Origin: Balanoglossus misakiensis | Lineage: Eukaryota > Animalia > Hemichordata | Assembly (NCBI GenBank): GCA_040954595.2 | Contig: CM082586.2 | Location: 9,641,337 to 9,705,336 of the forward strand | Direction: 5' to 3' | Length of the DNA stretch: 64,000 bases | Shown: one piece after another, positions 32,001 to 46,900 of the stretch | Layout of the letters: the number at the start of each line of letters is the position of its first letter | How positions within the stretch are numbered: the stretch's first letter is position 1 | The notes under the pieces: generated by a model | Databases searched by the model: none | What the model was told of the DNA's origin: nothing | The model's input: the letters and a program-made list of their open reading frames with translations, nothing else | Program-made: the position numbers and the translations under genes

Positions 32001-34391
32001 ATGAGGAGCTTATAATTTGGGTTGAACCTATCTAAACATCTGTGCGTGTTGTGCGTGTGTGCCTGTGTGTGTGTGTCTGTCTGTCTGTCTGTCTCTCCAT
32101 CTGTGTCCAGCGGTATCTCCAATATATAATATTTGGTCAGTTACAACCAAACCCGCAAATATAACACAGAGCAGTTTGTGACACTGTTATGACTGTCCAT
32201 ACACATTTTGGATGATTTTATAATCAATTACTGTGAAGTGGTCTATGGATTTTATCACTCAACCTTGAGAGTAGTAGCTATGTAACTTTTTTTAATGTCA
32301 TGCAGTCAATATAGTCAGCGAATAAAATGTGCTCTTCTCTATCATGTTTTTATTTCAGATTTGCCAGATTCGCCATGGATTGAATGTTCAGCAATGGGTA
32401 ACTGTCACAAGGGTCGTTGGTACCATTGCCAGTGCATGGACATAGATCAAGGGGACATACCTGAAGGAGATTGGTGGTGTTCTGGAAATTGTGAGCAATA
32501 CTCAATATACTGCTGCAAACAGGCTAAACCAGGAGCTGAGTGGATTGGTTGCTCTAATGAAGAAAACTGCTTGAATGGAGAATAGTTTCACTTAGAGTGC
32601 AAGGGATTAACAATTATACCTGGTATGAATTTCTAGTTTTACATACAAACATAAGCAACCCTGTTTGTGATAGTAAAATTCTGAAAATATTCAATGGTGG
32701 CCTTTTTCTCATGCATTTTTATGTATTTGTAACTTTACATGTAGTAGTCTGTGAGAATGGCTTGAAATCAACATCCTATACTACATGAGCAGAATTGTTT
32801 TACCATCAATATGAGGATAAACATATTGGTATGAAATGATATCCTATGATACAGCTGACACTTTCTAATTGTTCGTAAATCTTGGGTTTTACTTCAATTT
32901 TTGAGGGTGACTGGTTTTGCAGCAATGAATGCAAAAGTGTGCAGCGTGGCAGTACAGCAAACATTGACCAAGTGGCTGAATACACAAGATGCTTGACATG
33001 GCGTGGGTTATATCAACTTGCTCACAAAGATGCTGAGAGACATGCTGATGGCGAGGGGATTATCTCAAACTGGAGACTGGATTTGTTACAGTTTTGGTGT
33101 AATAACCATTACAAATATTTGATTCAAGGTCACAGGTTATTAGCTGGTAAGATAACTATCTAATCAGGACCCCTCTGCATTGATGGCAGATTTTCCACTT
33201 CAAGTCAAAAGTGACAATGTGAATAGAATTCTACCTGTATATTGAGGCACCTCTTTCTTACAGATTTTTTTTTGCTTCCTGAGGATGTTCATAATAGACA
33301 GACTTCAATCCATTGATAATAATTATACGAAGAATTAATACAAACGTGGAAAAGAGAGTTTATTGACAACATTAAGAATTAAGACATAACATGTACAGGA
33401 TTGACAAGTAAGATAAAACCGATGAGGTAAATAAATTAAAACATTTCCTTTCCCAGGAGTAAATGGGTGGTTGCCAAAGAGACTCTCAGAAGAAATCAAG
33501 TGGAACCGAACAGTAAATATCCATGGAGACATTTGCAATACTGTGGCTTTGGATCTGGCCAATGAATTCTTGAATAACGAATTCAAACGTAGGTATTACA
33601 AATAGTCCTTCATGTCATTAACATGTCTGATGGAACCAGCAAATTTTACACTGGGCTGCAGTGGATATTTTGGTGTAAATTTTCTCAATGAAATTGAAAT
33701 TTTGATTTCAACCCACAGTCTAAGCTTCATCAGGGATTTTGAGCTCAATAAACAGTATCGTGTTCCCCTCAGTACATGGTATAAATACATGTATAAAGTT
33801 TACGGTAAAGAAAAACTATATTTGGTTAACCTCCGAATAGGACAAGAAAGTAGGACAAAAGTTCTTGTTTTTGGACATGTCAAGCTCTTTTGTTTTTCCT
33901 GTAATTAATGACTTTGGTGAAATTTGATTTATTTGCTTTCTCAAAAATATGTGAAAATTTTGTAATATATTTATTACAATATGCCAATTATGATACCTAG
34001 AGTATTTATTTAGTAAATTTTGGTTCAATTTTTTGTCTCAGAAAATCCGAAGCGCTGTCTTGGTCAATACAATGATACACAAGTGGCAAGATGCTCAAGA
34101 CTTGTTGGTTCGCTTGGAAAGTCAATGGAGAAATTGTATTTTGATCAATTAGCAGACAAGTACCAATACACACCACATACCACCACTGGCGACACAACTA
34201 AAGATGTGAGAAAGTGTGTTAATATGTATAAATTAAAGGATTTATTTACAATAAAGCCGAACAGGGAGCAAAAGGCATTCTCAAAGTTTACACATGAAAT
34301 ATCTTTGAAAAATCCTGAAAACCTAAAAGCAAGGTTTGTTAAGTACTCTAAACAACTGGATGCTGAAAAAAGATTACTGTTGCTACAGTAA
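29057..34391 (+). pseudogene. Spliced DUF6589-like / AcademH(P)-like transposase gene with PHD fingers, disrupted
   Basis: Exons at ~29057-29183, 29542-29670, 29914-30076, 30418-30770, 31055-31309, 31438-31810, 32359-32622, 32906-33145, 33457-33588 and 34042-34391. Motifs FSW, WDNIQ, HGDQLSAER, DFH, DGEGII..WR, HYKY, WNRTVN..LDLANEFLNNEFK; PHD-like FCICG..WIEC..WYHCQC..WWCS. Stop at 32583 (GE*FH) and a frameshift near 30530. Confidence 0.65.
31987..32200 (-). mobile_element. HINE/DINE-like fragment in an intron
   Basis: TTTTTAGCCCAC..GAGCTTAT end followed by a GT/GTCT microsatellite. Confidence 0.4.
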
Positions 34392-36186
34392 AGATCAGTA
34401 AAGATACAGAAAAATGTTCTAGAATCATATATGCCATTGGCAGGCTGTAATTTAGTACTGAATATAGTTTTATGGGCCTGTCATGAACAGAAGAACCTGT
34501 GTCTAAGTAGTCCTGTTTCATAAGTCAGGTCCATGACATATGTACCGACATCTGTGATTGGTCCATCTGGTAATCTTAGGTCCACTTGCGGCACGCTGAT
34601 TGGAGGGACCTTATGTGTTAGGTCTTATCATTATGTATTATTCACTAGACCTTGTAGGTTAGGTCTTATTACTATGTATTATTCACTTTACAGCTCCTTG
34701 ATTGGTTAATGTGTAGGTCTGGTCCTCCAGTGTTCACTGCCTCATTATGCAGGACCTTGTAGGTTAGGTCTATCTATGTGTTCTGCGCCTCCCAACAGAA
34801 TTCCGTAAATACACGAGGCTGTTTGGAAGCAACCATGGAAATTTTAGAACTATCTCTCGATCTACAGAGTCTTTAGTGGAAAACTTTCTTATGCACATAG
34901 GCCTATCTATGTGTTCTGTGCCTCACAACATCGGTAAATAAACGAGGCTGTTTGGAAACAACCATGGAAATTTTAGAACTATCCGTTGATCTAAAGTTGA
35001 AAAGTTTCTTATGCGCATAGGCCTATCTATGTGTTCAGCGCATCACAACAGAATTGTGTAAATGAACGAGGCTGTGTTTGGAAGCAACCATGGAAATTTT
35101 AGAACTATCTCTCGATCTACAGAGTCTAGTGGAAAACTTTATTATGCACATAGGCCTATCTATGTGTTCTGTGCCTCACAACATCGGTAAATAAACGAGG
35201 CTGTTTGGAAGCAACCATGGAAATTTTACAACTATCCGTCGATCTACAGAGTCTGGTGGAAAACTTTCTTATGCGCATAGGCCTATCACGTGTTCTGCGC
35301 CTCACAACAGAATGTTGTAAACAAACGAGGCTGTGTTTGGAAGCAACCATGGTAATTTTAGAACTATCCGTCGATCTACGGAGTCTAGTGGAAAACTTTC
35401 TTATGCGCATAGGCATATCTATGTGTTCTACGCATCACAACAGAATTCGGTACATAAACGAGGCTGTTTGGAAGCAACCATGGAAATTTTAGAACTATCT
35501 CTTGATCTACAGAGTCTAGTGGAAAACGTTCTTATGCACATAGGCCTATCTATGTGTTCTGCGCCTCACAACAGAATTCGGTATATAAACGAGGCTGTGT
35601 TTGGAAGCAACAATGGAAATTTTAGAACTATTCGTCGATCTACAGAGTCTAGTGGAAAATGTTCTTATGCGCATAGGCATATCTATGTGTTCTACGCATC
35701 ACAACAGAATTCGGTACATAAACGAGGCTATTTGGAAGCAACCATGGAAATTTTAGAACTATCTCTTGATCTACAGAGTCTAGTGGAAAACGTTCTTATG
35801 CACATAGGCCTATCTATGTGTTCTGCGCCTCACAACAGAATTCGGTATATAAACGAGGCTGTGTTTGGAAGCAACCATGGAAATTTTAGAACTATCCGTC
35901 GATCTACAGTGTCTAGTGGAAAACGTTCTTATGCGCATAGGCCTATCTATGTGTTCTGCGCTTCACAACAGAATTTTGTAAACAAATGAGGCAGTGTTTG
36001 GAATCAACCATGGAAATTTTCGAACTATCTCTCGATCTACAGAGTCTAGTGGAAACATTTCTTATGCGCATAGGCCTATCATGTGTTATGCGCCTCACAA
36101 CAGAAATCGGTAAATAAACGAGGCTGTTTGGAAGCAACCATGGAAATTTTATAACTATCTCTCGATCTACAGAGTCTAGTGGAAAA

Positions 36187-36664
36187 CTAATTAATACTGG
36201 GGCAAATATTACTGTAGCTCCTATTCGGTTGTTAGAGCTAGTACCCGCTCTTAAGAATTATCCGATGTTCAAGTCCAGATATAATTGTGTACAACCGGCA
36301 AACGAAGACAAATTGAAGGTATTTGGATTTATGAAAATACCTGCTTTTATTGGGAATAAGCGTGTATTACTGTATGTTAATTTAGTTGAGTCTCTTCAGC
36401 ATAATCTGATTTTGGGACTTGATTTTATGAAGCGTTATAGAGCTGTTATTGATTTCATGGGTAATATTTTAAGATTACAATCAGACGTACCGTTAAGAAC
36501 CAATGTTGATGTTAACATTCCACCTGGAAATGAAACGGATATTCCAGTGAAAGTACCGTATAATTATCTTACTGGAGTTTTAGGTTGTATTTCTGATAAA
36601 CGAACACGCTTAACCCCGGGTATTTTGGTAGCTAAGCCTATTCGAATAAGAATTTTCTTCCCAT
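36187..36664 (+). pseudogene. LTR-retrotransposon aspartic protease fragment in satellite, copy 1 (long, LINTGA)
   Basis: LINTGANITV...LILGLDFM...VNIPPGNE. Confidence 0.75.
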
Positions 36665-38874
36665 ACGTGTTCTGCGCCTCACAACAGAATTCGGTAAACA
36701 AACGAGGCTGTGTTTGGAAGCAACCATGGAAATTTTAGAACTATCTCTCGATCTACAGAGTCTGGTGGAAAACGTTCTTATGCGCATAGGCCTATCATGT
36801 GTTCTGCGCCTCACAACAGAATTCGGAAATAAACGAGGCTGTTTGGAAGCAACCATGGAAAGTTTAGAACTATCTCTCGATCTATAGAGTCTAGTGGAAA
36901 ACGTTCTTATGCACATAGGCCTATCTATGTGTTCTGCGCCTCACAACAGAATTCCTTAAATAAACGAGGCTGTTTGGAAGCAACCATGGAAATCTTACAA
37001 CTATCCGTCGATCTATAGAGTCTAGTGGAAAACGTTCTTATGCGCATAGGCCTATATATGTGTTCTGCGCATCACAACAGAATTTTGTAAACAAACGAGG
37101 CTGTTTGGAAGCAACCATGGAAAGTTTCGAACTATCTCTCGATCTACAGAGTCTATAGTGGAAAACTCTCTTATGCACATATGCCTATATATGTGTTCTA
37201 CGCCTCAAAACAGAATTCCTTAAATAAACGAGGCTGTTTGGAAGCAACCATGGAAATCTTACAACTATCCGTCGATCTATAGAGTCTAGTGGAAAACGTT
37301 CTTATGCGCATAGGCCTATATATGTGTTCTGCGCATCACAACAGAATTTTGTAAACAAACGAGGCTGTTTGGAAGCAACCATGGAAAGTTTCGAACTATC
37401 TCTCGATCTACAGAGTCTATAGTGGAAAACTCTCTTATGCACATATGCCTATATATGTGTTCTACGCCTCAAAACAGAATTCCTTAAATAAACGAGGCTG
37501 TTTGGAAGCAACCATGGAAATCTTACAACTATCCGTCGATCTATAGAGTCTAGTGGAAAACGTTCTTATGCGCATAGGCCTATATATGTGTTCTGCGCAT
37601 CACAACAGAATTTTGTAAACAAACGAGGCTGTGTTTGGAAGCAATCATGGAAATTTTAAAACTATCTCTCGATCTACAGAGTCTATAGTGGAAAACTTTC
37701 TTATGCACATATGCCTATCTATGTGTTCTGCGCCTCCCAACAGAATTCCGTAAATACACGAGGCTGTTTGGAAGCAACTATGGAAATTTTAGAACTACAT
37801 GTATCCGTCGATCTACAGAGTCTGGTGGAAAACTTTCTTATGCGCATAGGCCTATCACGTGTTCTGCGCCTCACTACAGAATTCGGTAAATAAACGAGGC
37901 TGTTTGGAAGCAACTATGGAAATTTTAGAACTATCCGTTGATCTACAGAGTCTAGTGGAAAAATTTCTTATGCGCATAGGCCTATCATGTGTTCTGCGCC
38001 TCACAACAGAAATCGGTAAATAAACGAGGATGTTTGGAAGCAACCATGGAAATTTTAGAATTATCCGTCGATCTACGGAGTCTAGTGGAAAACTTTCTTA
38101 TGCGCATAGGCCTATCTATGTGTTCTGCGCCTCACAACAGAATTCGGTAAATAAACGAGGCTGTTTGGAAGCAACCATGGAAATTTTAGAACTATCCGTC
38201 GATCTACAGAGTCTAGTGGAAAACTTTCTTATGCGCATAGGCCTATCTATGTGTTCTGCGCCTCACAACAGAATTCGGTAAATAAACGAGGCTGTTTGGA
38301 AGCAACCATGGAAATTTTAGAACTATCCGTCGATCTACGGAGTCTAGTGGAAAACTTTCTTATGCGCATAGGCCTATCTATGTGTTCTGCGCCTCACAAC
38401 AGAATTCGGAAATAAACGAGGCTGTTTGGAAGCAACCATGGACATTTTAGAACTATCTCTCGATCTACAGAGTCTAGTGGAAAACTTTCTCATGCGCATA
38501 GGCCTATTACGTGTTCTGCGCCTCACAACAGAATTCGGTAAATAAACGAGGCTGTTTGGAAGCAACCATGGAAATTTTAGAACTATCTCTTGATCTACAG
38601 AGTCTAGTGGAAACATTTCTTATGCGCATAGGCCTATCATGTGTTATGCGCCTCACAACAGAATTCGGTAAATAAACGAGGTTGTTTGGAAGCAACCATG
38701 GAAATTTTCGAACTATCTCTTGATCTACAGAGTCTAGTGGAAACATTTCTTATGCGCATAGGCCTATCATGTGTTATGCGCCTCACAACAGAAATCGGTA
38801 AATAAACGAGGCTGTTTGGAAGCAACCATGGAAATTTTATAACTATCTCTCGATCTACAGAGTCTAGTGGAAAA

Positions 38875-39352
38875 CTAATTAATACTGGAGCAAATATTAC
38901 TGTAACTCCTATTCGGTTGTTAGAGCTAGTACCCGCTCTTAAGAATTATCCGATGTTCAAGTCCAGATATAATTGTGTACAACCGGCAAACGAAGACAAA
39001 TTGAAGGTATTTGGATTGATGAAAATACCTGCTTTTATTGGGAATAAGCGTGTATTACTGTATGTTAATTTAGTTGAGTCTCTTCAGCATAATCTGATTT
39101 TGGGACTTGATTTTATGAAGCGTTATAGAGCTGTTGTTGATTTCATGGGTAATATTTTAAGATTACAATCAGACGTACCGTTAAGAACCAATGTTGATGT
39201 TAACATTCCACCCGGAAATGAAATGGTTATTCCAGTGAAAGTACCGTATAAATATCTTACTGGAGTTTTAGGTTGTATTTCTGATAAACGAACACGCTTA
39301 ACCCCGGGTATTTTGGTAGCTAAGCCTATTCGAATAAGAATTTTCTTCCCAT
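38875..39352 (+). pseudogene. Protease fragment copy 2 (long, LINTGA)
   Basis: Same junctions and sequence as copy 1. Confidence 0.75.
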
Positions 39353-40248
39353 GCGTGTTCTGCGCCTCACAACAGAATTCGGTAAATAAACGAGGCTGTT
39401 TGGAAGCAACCTTGGAAATGTTAGAACTATCCGTCGATCTACAGAGTCTGGTGGAAAACGTTCTTATGCGCATAGGCCTATCATGTGTTCTGCGCCTCAC
39501 AACAGAATTCGGAAATAAACGAGGCTGTTTGGAAGCAACCATGGAAATTTTAGAACTATCTCTCGATCTACAGAGTCTATAGTGGAAAACTTTCTTATGC
39601 ACATATGCCTATATATGTGTTCTGCGCCTCAAAACAGAATTCCGTAAATAAACGGGGCTGCTTGGAAGCAAACATGGAAATTCTAGAACTTTCTCTCGAT
39701 CTACAGAGTATAGTGGAAAACGTTCATATGCGCATAGGCCTATCATGTGTTATGCACATCACAACAGAATTTTGTAAACAAACGAGGCTTTGTTTGGAAG
39801 CAACAATGGAAATTTTAGAACTATCCGTCGATCTACGGAGTCTAGTGGAAAACTTTCTTATGCGCATAGGCCTATCTATGTGTTCTGCGCATCACAACAG
39901 AATTTTGTAAACAAACGAGGCTTTGTTTGGAAGCAACCATGGAATTTTTAGAACTATCTATCGATCTACAGAGTCTAGTGGAAAACGTTCTTATGCGCAT
40001 AGGCCTATGTATGTGTTCTGCGCATCACAACAGAATTTTGTAAACAAAGGAGGCTGTGTTTGGAAGCAACCATGGAAATTTTCGAACTATCTCTCGATCT
40101 ACAGAGTCTAGTGGAAACATTTCTTATGCGCATAGGCCTATTATGTGTTCTGCGCCTCACAACAGAAATCGGTAAATAAACGAGGCTGTTTGGAAGCAAC
40201 CATGGAAATTTTATAACTATCTCTCGATCTACAGAGTCTAGTGGAAAA

Positions 40249-40706
40249 CTAATTGATACTGGAGCAAATATTACTGTAGCTCCTATTCGGTTGTTAGAGC
40301 TAGTACCCGCTCTTAAGAATTATCCGATGTTCAAGTCCAGATATAATTGTGTACAACCGGCAAACGAAGACAAATTGAAGGTATTTGGATTGATGAAAAT
40401 ACCTGCTTTTATTGGGAATAAGCGCGTAAAACTGTATGTTAATTTAGTTGAGTCTCTTCAGCATAATCTGATTTTGGGACTTGATTTTATGAAGCGTTAT
40501 AGAGCTGTTATTGATTTCATGGGTAATATTTTAAGATTACAATCAGACGTACCGTTAAGAACCAATGTTGATGTTAACATTCCACCTGGTGAAAGTACCG
40601 TATAAATATCTTACTGGAGTTTTAGGTTGTATTTCTGATAAATGAACACGCTTAACCCCGGGTATTTTGGTAGCTAAGCCTATTCGAATAAGAATTTTCT
40701 TCCCAT
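40249..40706 (+). pseudogene. Protease fragment copy 3 (LIDTGA, 20-bp deletion)
   Basis: LIDTGANITV...LILGLDFM; CCACCTGGTGAAAG deletion junction. Confidence 0.75.
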
Positions 40707-42122
40707 ACGTGTTCTGCGCCTCACAACAGAATTCGGTAAATAAACGAGGCTGTTTGGAAGCAACCAAGGAAATGTTAGAACTATCCGTCGATCTACAGAG
40801 TCTGGTGGAAAACGTTCTTATGCGCATAGGCCTATAATGTGTTCTGCGCCTCACAACTATATTCGGAAATAAACGAGGGTGTTTGGAAGCAACCATGGAA
40901 ATTTTAGAACTATCTCTCGATCTACAGAGTCTATAGTGGAAAACTTTCTTATGCACATATGCCTATCTATGTGTTCTGTGCCTCAAAACAGAATTCCGTA
41001 AATAAACGAGGCTGTTTGGAAGCAACTATGGAAATTTTAGAACTACATGTATCCGTCGATCTACAGAGTCTGGTGGAAAACTTTCTTATGCGCATAGGCC
41101 TATCACGTGTTCTGCGCCTCACTACAGAATTCGGTAAATAAACGAGGCTGTTTGGAAGCAACTATGGAAATTTTAGAACTATCCGTTGATCTACAGAGTC
41201 TAGTGGAAAAATTTCTTATGCGCATAGGCCTATCATGTGTTCTGCGCCTCACAACAGAAATCGGTAAATAAACGAGGATGTTTGGAAGCAACCATGGAAA
41301 TTTTAGAATTATCCGTCGATCTACGGAGTCTAGTGGAAAACTTTCTTATGCGCATAGGCCTATCTATGTGTTCTGCGCCTCACAACAGAATTCGGTAAAT
41401 AAACGAGGCTGTTTGGAAGCAACCATGGAAATTTTAGAACTATCCGTCGATCTACAGAGTCTAGTGGAAAACTTTCTTATGCGCATAGGCCTATCTATGT
41501 GTTCTGCGCCTCACAACAGAATTCGGTAAATAAACGAGGCTGTTTGGAAGCAACCATGGAAATTTTAGAACTATCCGTCGATCTACGGAGTCTAGTGGAA
41601 AACTTTCTTATGCGCATAGGCCTATCTATGTGTTCTGCGCCTCACAACAGAATTCGGAAATAAACGAGGCTGTTTGGAAGCAACCATGGACATTTTAGAA
41701 CTATCTCTCGATCTACAGAGTCTAGTGGAAAACTTTCTCATGCGCATAGGCCTATTACGTGTTCTGCGCCTCACAACAGAATTCGGTAAATAAACGAGGC
41801 TGTTTGGAAGCAACCATGGAAATTTTAGAACTATCTCTTGATCTACAGAGTCTAGTGGAAACATTTCTTATGCGCATAGGCCTATCATGTGTTATGCGCC
41901 TCACAACAGAATTCGGTAAATAAACGAGGTTGTTTGGAAGCAACCATGGAAATTTTAGAACTATCTCTTGATCTACAGAGTCTAGTGGAAACATTTCTTA
42001 TGCGCATAGGCCTATCATGTGTTATGCGCCTCACAACAGAAATCGGTAAATAAACGAGGCTGTTTGGAAGCAACCATGGACATTTTATAACTATCTCTCG
42101 ATCTACAGAGTCTAGTGGAAAA

Positions 42123-42600
42123 CTAATTAATACTGGAGCAAATATTACTGTAACTCCTATTCGGTTGTTAGAGCTAGTACCCGCTCTTAAGAATTATCCG
42201 ATGTTCAAGTCCAGATATAATTGTGTACAACCGGCAAACAAAGACAAATTGAAGGTATTTGGATTGATGAAAATACCTGCTTTTATTGGGAATAAGCGTG
42301 TATTACTGTATGTTAATTTAGTTGAGTCTCTTCAGCATAATCTGATTTTGGGACTTGATTTTATGAAGCGTTATAGAGCTGTTGTTGATTTCATGGGTAA
42401 TATTTTAAGATTACAATCAGACGTACCGTTAAGAACCAATGTTGATGTTAACATTCCACCCGGAAATGAAATGGTTATTCCAGTGAAAGTACCGTATAAA
42501 TATCTTACTGGAGTTTTAGGTTGTATTTCTGATAAACGAACACGCTTAACCCCGGGTATTTTGGTAGCTAAGCCTATTCGAATAAGAATTTTCTTCCCAT
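42123..42600 (+). pseudogene. Protease fragment copy 4 (long, LINTGA)
   Basis: Copy 2 shifted by 3248 bp. Confidence 0.75.
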
Positions 42601-43496
42601 GCGTGTTCTGCGCCTCACAACAGAATTCGGTAAATAAACGAGGCTGTTTGGAAGCAACCTTGGAAATGTTAGAACTATCCGTCGATCTACAGAGTCTGGT
42701 GGAAAACGTTCTTATGCGCATAGGCCTATCATGTGTTCTGCGCCTCACAACAGAATTCGGAAATAAACGAGGCTGTTTGGAAGCAACCATGGAAATTTTA
42801 GAACTATCTCTCGATCTACAGAGTCTATAGTGGAAAACTTTCTTATGCACATATGCCTATATATGTGTTCTGCGCCTCAAAACAGAATTCCGTAAATAAA
42901 CGGGGCTGTTTGGAAGCAAACATGGAAATTCTAGAACTATCTCTCGATCTACAGAGTATAGTGGAAAACGTTCATATGCGCATAGGCCTATCATGTGTTA
43001 TGCACATCACAACAGAATTTTGTAAACAAACGAGGCTTTGTTTGGAAGCAACAATGGAAATTTTAGAACTATCCGTCGATCTACGGAGTCTAGTGGAAAA
43101 CTTTCTTATGCGCATAGGCCTATCTATGTGTTCTGCGCATCACAACAGAATTTTGTAAACAAACGAGGCTTTGTTTGGAAGCAACCATGGAATTTTTAGA
43201 ACTATCTATCGATCTACAGAGTCTAGTGGAAAACGTTCTTATGCGCATAGGCCTATGTATGTGTTCTGCGCATCACAACAGAATTTTGTAAACAAAGGAG
43301 GCTGTGTTTGGAAGCAACCATGGAAATTTTCGAACTATCTCTCGATCTACAGAGTCTAGTGGAAACATTTCTTATGCGCATAGGCCTATTATGTGTTCTG
43401 CGCCTCACAACAGAAATCGGTAAATAAACGAGGCTGTTTGGAAGCAACCATGGAAATTTTATAACTATCTCTCGATCTACAGAGTCTAGTGGAAAA

Positions 43497-43954
43497 CTAA
43501 TTGATACTGGAGCAAATATTACTGTAGCTCCTATTCGGTTGTTAGAGCTAGTACCCGCTCTTAAGAATTATCCGATGTTCAAGTCCAGATATAATTGTGT
43601 ACAACCGGCAAACGAAGACAAATTGAAGGTATTTGGATTGATGAAAATACCTGCTTTTATTGGGAATAAGCGCGTAAAACTGTATGTTAATTTAGTTGAG
43701 TCTCTTCAGCATAATCTGATTTTGGGACTTGATTTTATGAAGCGTTATAGAGCTGTTATCGATTTCATGGGTAATATTTTAAGATTACAATCAGACGTAC
43801 CGTTAAGAACCAATGTTGATGTTAACATTCCACCTGGTGAAAGTACCGTATAAATATCTTACTGGAGTTTTAGGTTGTATTTCTGATAAATGAACACGCT
43901 TAACCCCGGGTATTTTGGTAGCTAAGCCTATTCGAATAAGAATTTTCTTCCCAT
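43497..43954 (+). pseudogene. Protease fragment copy 5 (LIDTGA, deletion type)
   Basis: Copy 3 shifted by 3248 bp. Confidence 0.75.
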
Positions 43955-46900
43955 ACGTGTTCTGCGCCTCACAACAGAATTCGGTAAATAAACGAGGCTG
44001 TTTGGAAGCAACCAAGGAAATGTTAGAACTATCCGTCGATCTACAGAGTCTGGTGGAAAACGTTCTTATGCGCATAGGCCTATAATGTGTTCTGCGCCTC
44101 ACAACTATATTCGGAAATAAACGAGGGTGTTTGGAAGCAACCATGGAAATTTTAGAACTATCTCTCGATCTACAGAGTCTATAGTGGAAAACTTTCTTAT
44201 GCACATATGCCTATCTATGTGTTCTGTGCCTCAAAACAGAATTCCGTAAATAAACGAGGCTGTTTGGAAGCAAACATGGAAATTTTAGAACTATCTCTCG
44301 ATCTACAGAGTATAGTGGAAAACGTTCATATGCGCATAGGCATATGTATGTGTTCTACGCATCACAACAGAATTCGGTAAATAAACGAGGCTGTTTGGAA
44401 ACAACCATGGAAATTTTAGAACTATCCGTTGATCTAAAGTTGAAAAGTTTCTTATGCGCATAGGCCTATCTATGTGTTCTGCGCCTCCCAACAGAATTCC
44501 GTAAATACACGAGGCTGTGTTTGGAAGCAACCATGGAAATTTTAGAACTATCCGTCGATCTACAGAGTCTAGTGGAAAACGTTCTTATGCGCATAGGCCT
44601 ATCTATGTGTTCTGCGCATCACAACAGAATTTTGTAAAAAAACGAGGATGTGTTTGGAAGCAACCATGGAAATTTAAGAACTATCCTCGATCTACAGAGT
44701 ATAGTGGAAAACGTTCATATGCGCATAGGCCTATCTATGTGTTCTGCGCATCACAACAGAATTTTGTAAACAAACGAGGCTTTGTTTGGAAGCAACCATG
44801 GAAATTTTAGAACTATCCGTTGATCTAAAGTTGAAAAGTTTCTTATGCGCATAGGCCTATCTATGTGTTCAGCGCATCACAACAGAATTGTGTAAATAAA
44901 CGAGGCTGTGTTTGGAAACAACCCTGGAAATTTTAGAACTATCTCTCGATCTACAGTGACTAGTGGAAAACTTGCTTATGCACATAGGCCTATCTATATG
45001 TTCTGCGCATCACAACAGAATTCGGTAAATAAACGAGGCTGTATTTGGAAGCAACCATGGAAATTTTAGAACTATCCGTCGATCTACAGAGTCTAATGGA
45101 AAACGTTCTTACGCACATAGGCCTATCTAAGTGTTATGCGCATCACAACAGAATTTTATAAACAAACGAGGCTTTGTTTGGAAGCAACCATGGACATTTT
45201 AGAACTATCCGTCGATCTACAGTGGAAAACTATCTTATGCGCATTGCCCTATCTATGTATTCTGCTCATCACAACATAATTTTGTAAACAAAAAAGGGTG
45301 TGTTTGGAAGCAACCATTGAAATTTTAAAACTATCTCTTGATTTACAGAGTCTAGTGGAAAACTTTCTTTGCACATTGACCTATGTATGTGTTCTGCGCC
45401 TCAAAACAGAATTCCGTAAATAAACGAGGCTGTTTGGAAGAAACCATGGAAATTTTAGAACTATCTCTCGATCTACAGAATCTAGTGGAAAACATTATTA
45501 TGCGCATAAACCTATCTATGTGTTCTGCGCATCACAACATAATTCAGTAAACAAACGAGGCGGGGTTTGGAAGCAACCATGGAAATTTTAGAAATATCTC
45601 TCGATCTACAGAGTCTAGTGGAAAACTTTGTTATGCGCATAGGCCTATCATGTGTTATGCGCATCACAACAGAATTTTGTAAACAAACGAGGCGGGGTTT
45701 GGAAGCAACCATGGAAATTTTAGAACTATCTCTCGATCTACAGAGTCTAGTGGAAAACATTCTTATGCGCAAAGGCCTATCTATGTGTTCTGCGCCTCAA
45801 AACAGAATTCCGTAAATAAACGGGGCTGTTTGGAAGCAAACATGGAAATTCTAGAACTATCTCTCGATCTACAGAGTATAGTGGAAAACGTTCATATGCG
45901 CATAGGCCTATCATGTGTTATGCACATCACAACAGAATTTTGTAAACAAACGAGGCTTTGTTTGGAAGCAACAATGGAAATTTTAGAACTATCCGTCGAT
46001 CTACGGAGTCTAGTGGAAAACTTTCTTATGCGCATAGGCCTATCTATGTGTTCTGCGCATCACAACAGAATTTTGTAAACAAACGAGGCTTTGTTTGGAA
46101 GCAACCATGGAATTTTTAGAACTATCTATCGATCTACAGAGTCTAGTGGAAAACGTTCTTATGCGCATAGGCCTATCTATGTCTTCTGCGCATCACAACA
46201 GAATTTTGTAAACAAAGGAGGCTGTGTTTGGAAGCAACCATGGAAATTTTCGAACTATCTCTCGATCTACAGAGTCTAGTGGAAAACTTTCTTTGCACAT
46301 AGACCTATGTATGTGTTCTGCGCCTCAAAACAGAATTCCGTAAATAAACGAGGCTGTTTGGAAGAAACCATGGAAATTTTAGAACTATCTCTCGATCTAC
46401 AGAATCTAGTGGAAAACTTTATTATGCGCATAAACCTATCTATGTGTTCTGCGCATCACAACATAATTCAATAAACAAACGAGGCGGGGTTTGGAAGCAA
46501 CCATGGAAATTTTAGAAATATCTCTCGATCTACAGAGTCTAGTGGAAAACTTTGTTATGCGCATAGGCCTATCATGTGTTATGCGCATCACAACAGAATT
46601 TTGTAAACAAACGAGGCGGGGTTTGGAAGCAACCATGGAAATTTTAGAACTATCTCTCGATCTACAGAGTCTAGTGGAAAACATTCTTATGCGCAAAGGC
46701 CTATCTATGTGTTCTGCGCCTCAAAACAGAATTCCGTAAATAAACGGGGCTGTTTGGAAGCAAACATGGAAATTCTAGAACTATCTCTCGATCTACAGAG
46801 TATAGTGGAAAACGTTCATATGCGCATAGGCCTATCATGTGTTATGCACATCACAACAGAATTTTGTAAACAAACGAGGCTTTGTTTGGAAGCAACAATG

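Noticed and set aside
36229-36738. Functional protease gene in the satellite
   Set aside because: The catalytic motif lies upstream of the called TTG start, there is no in-frame ATG, and each copy has either D>N or a frameshifting deletion
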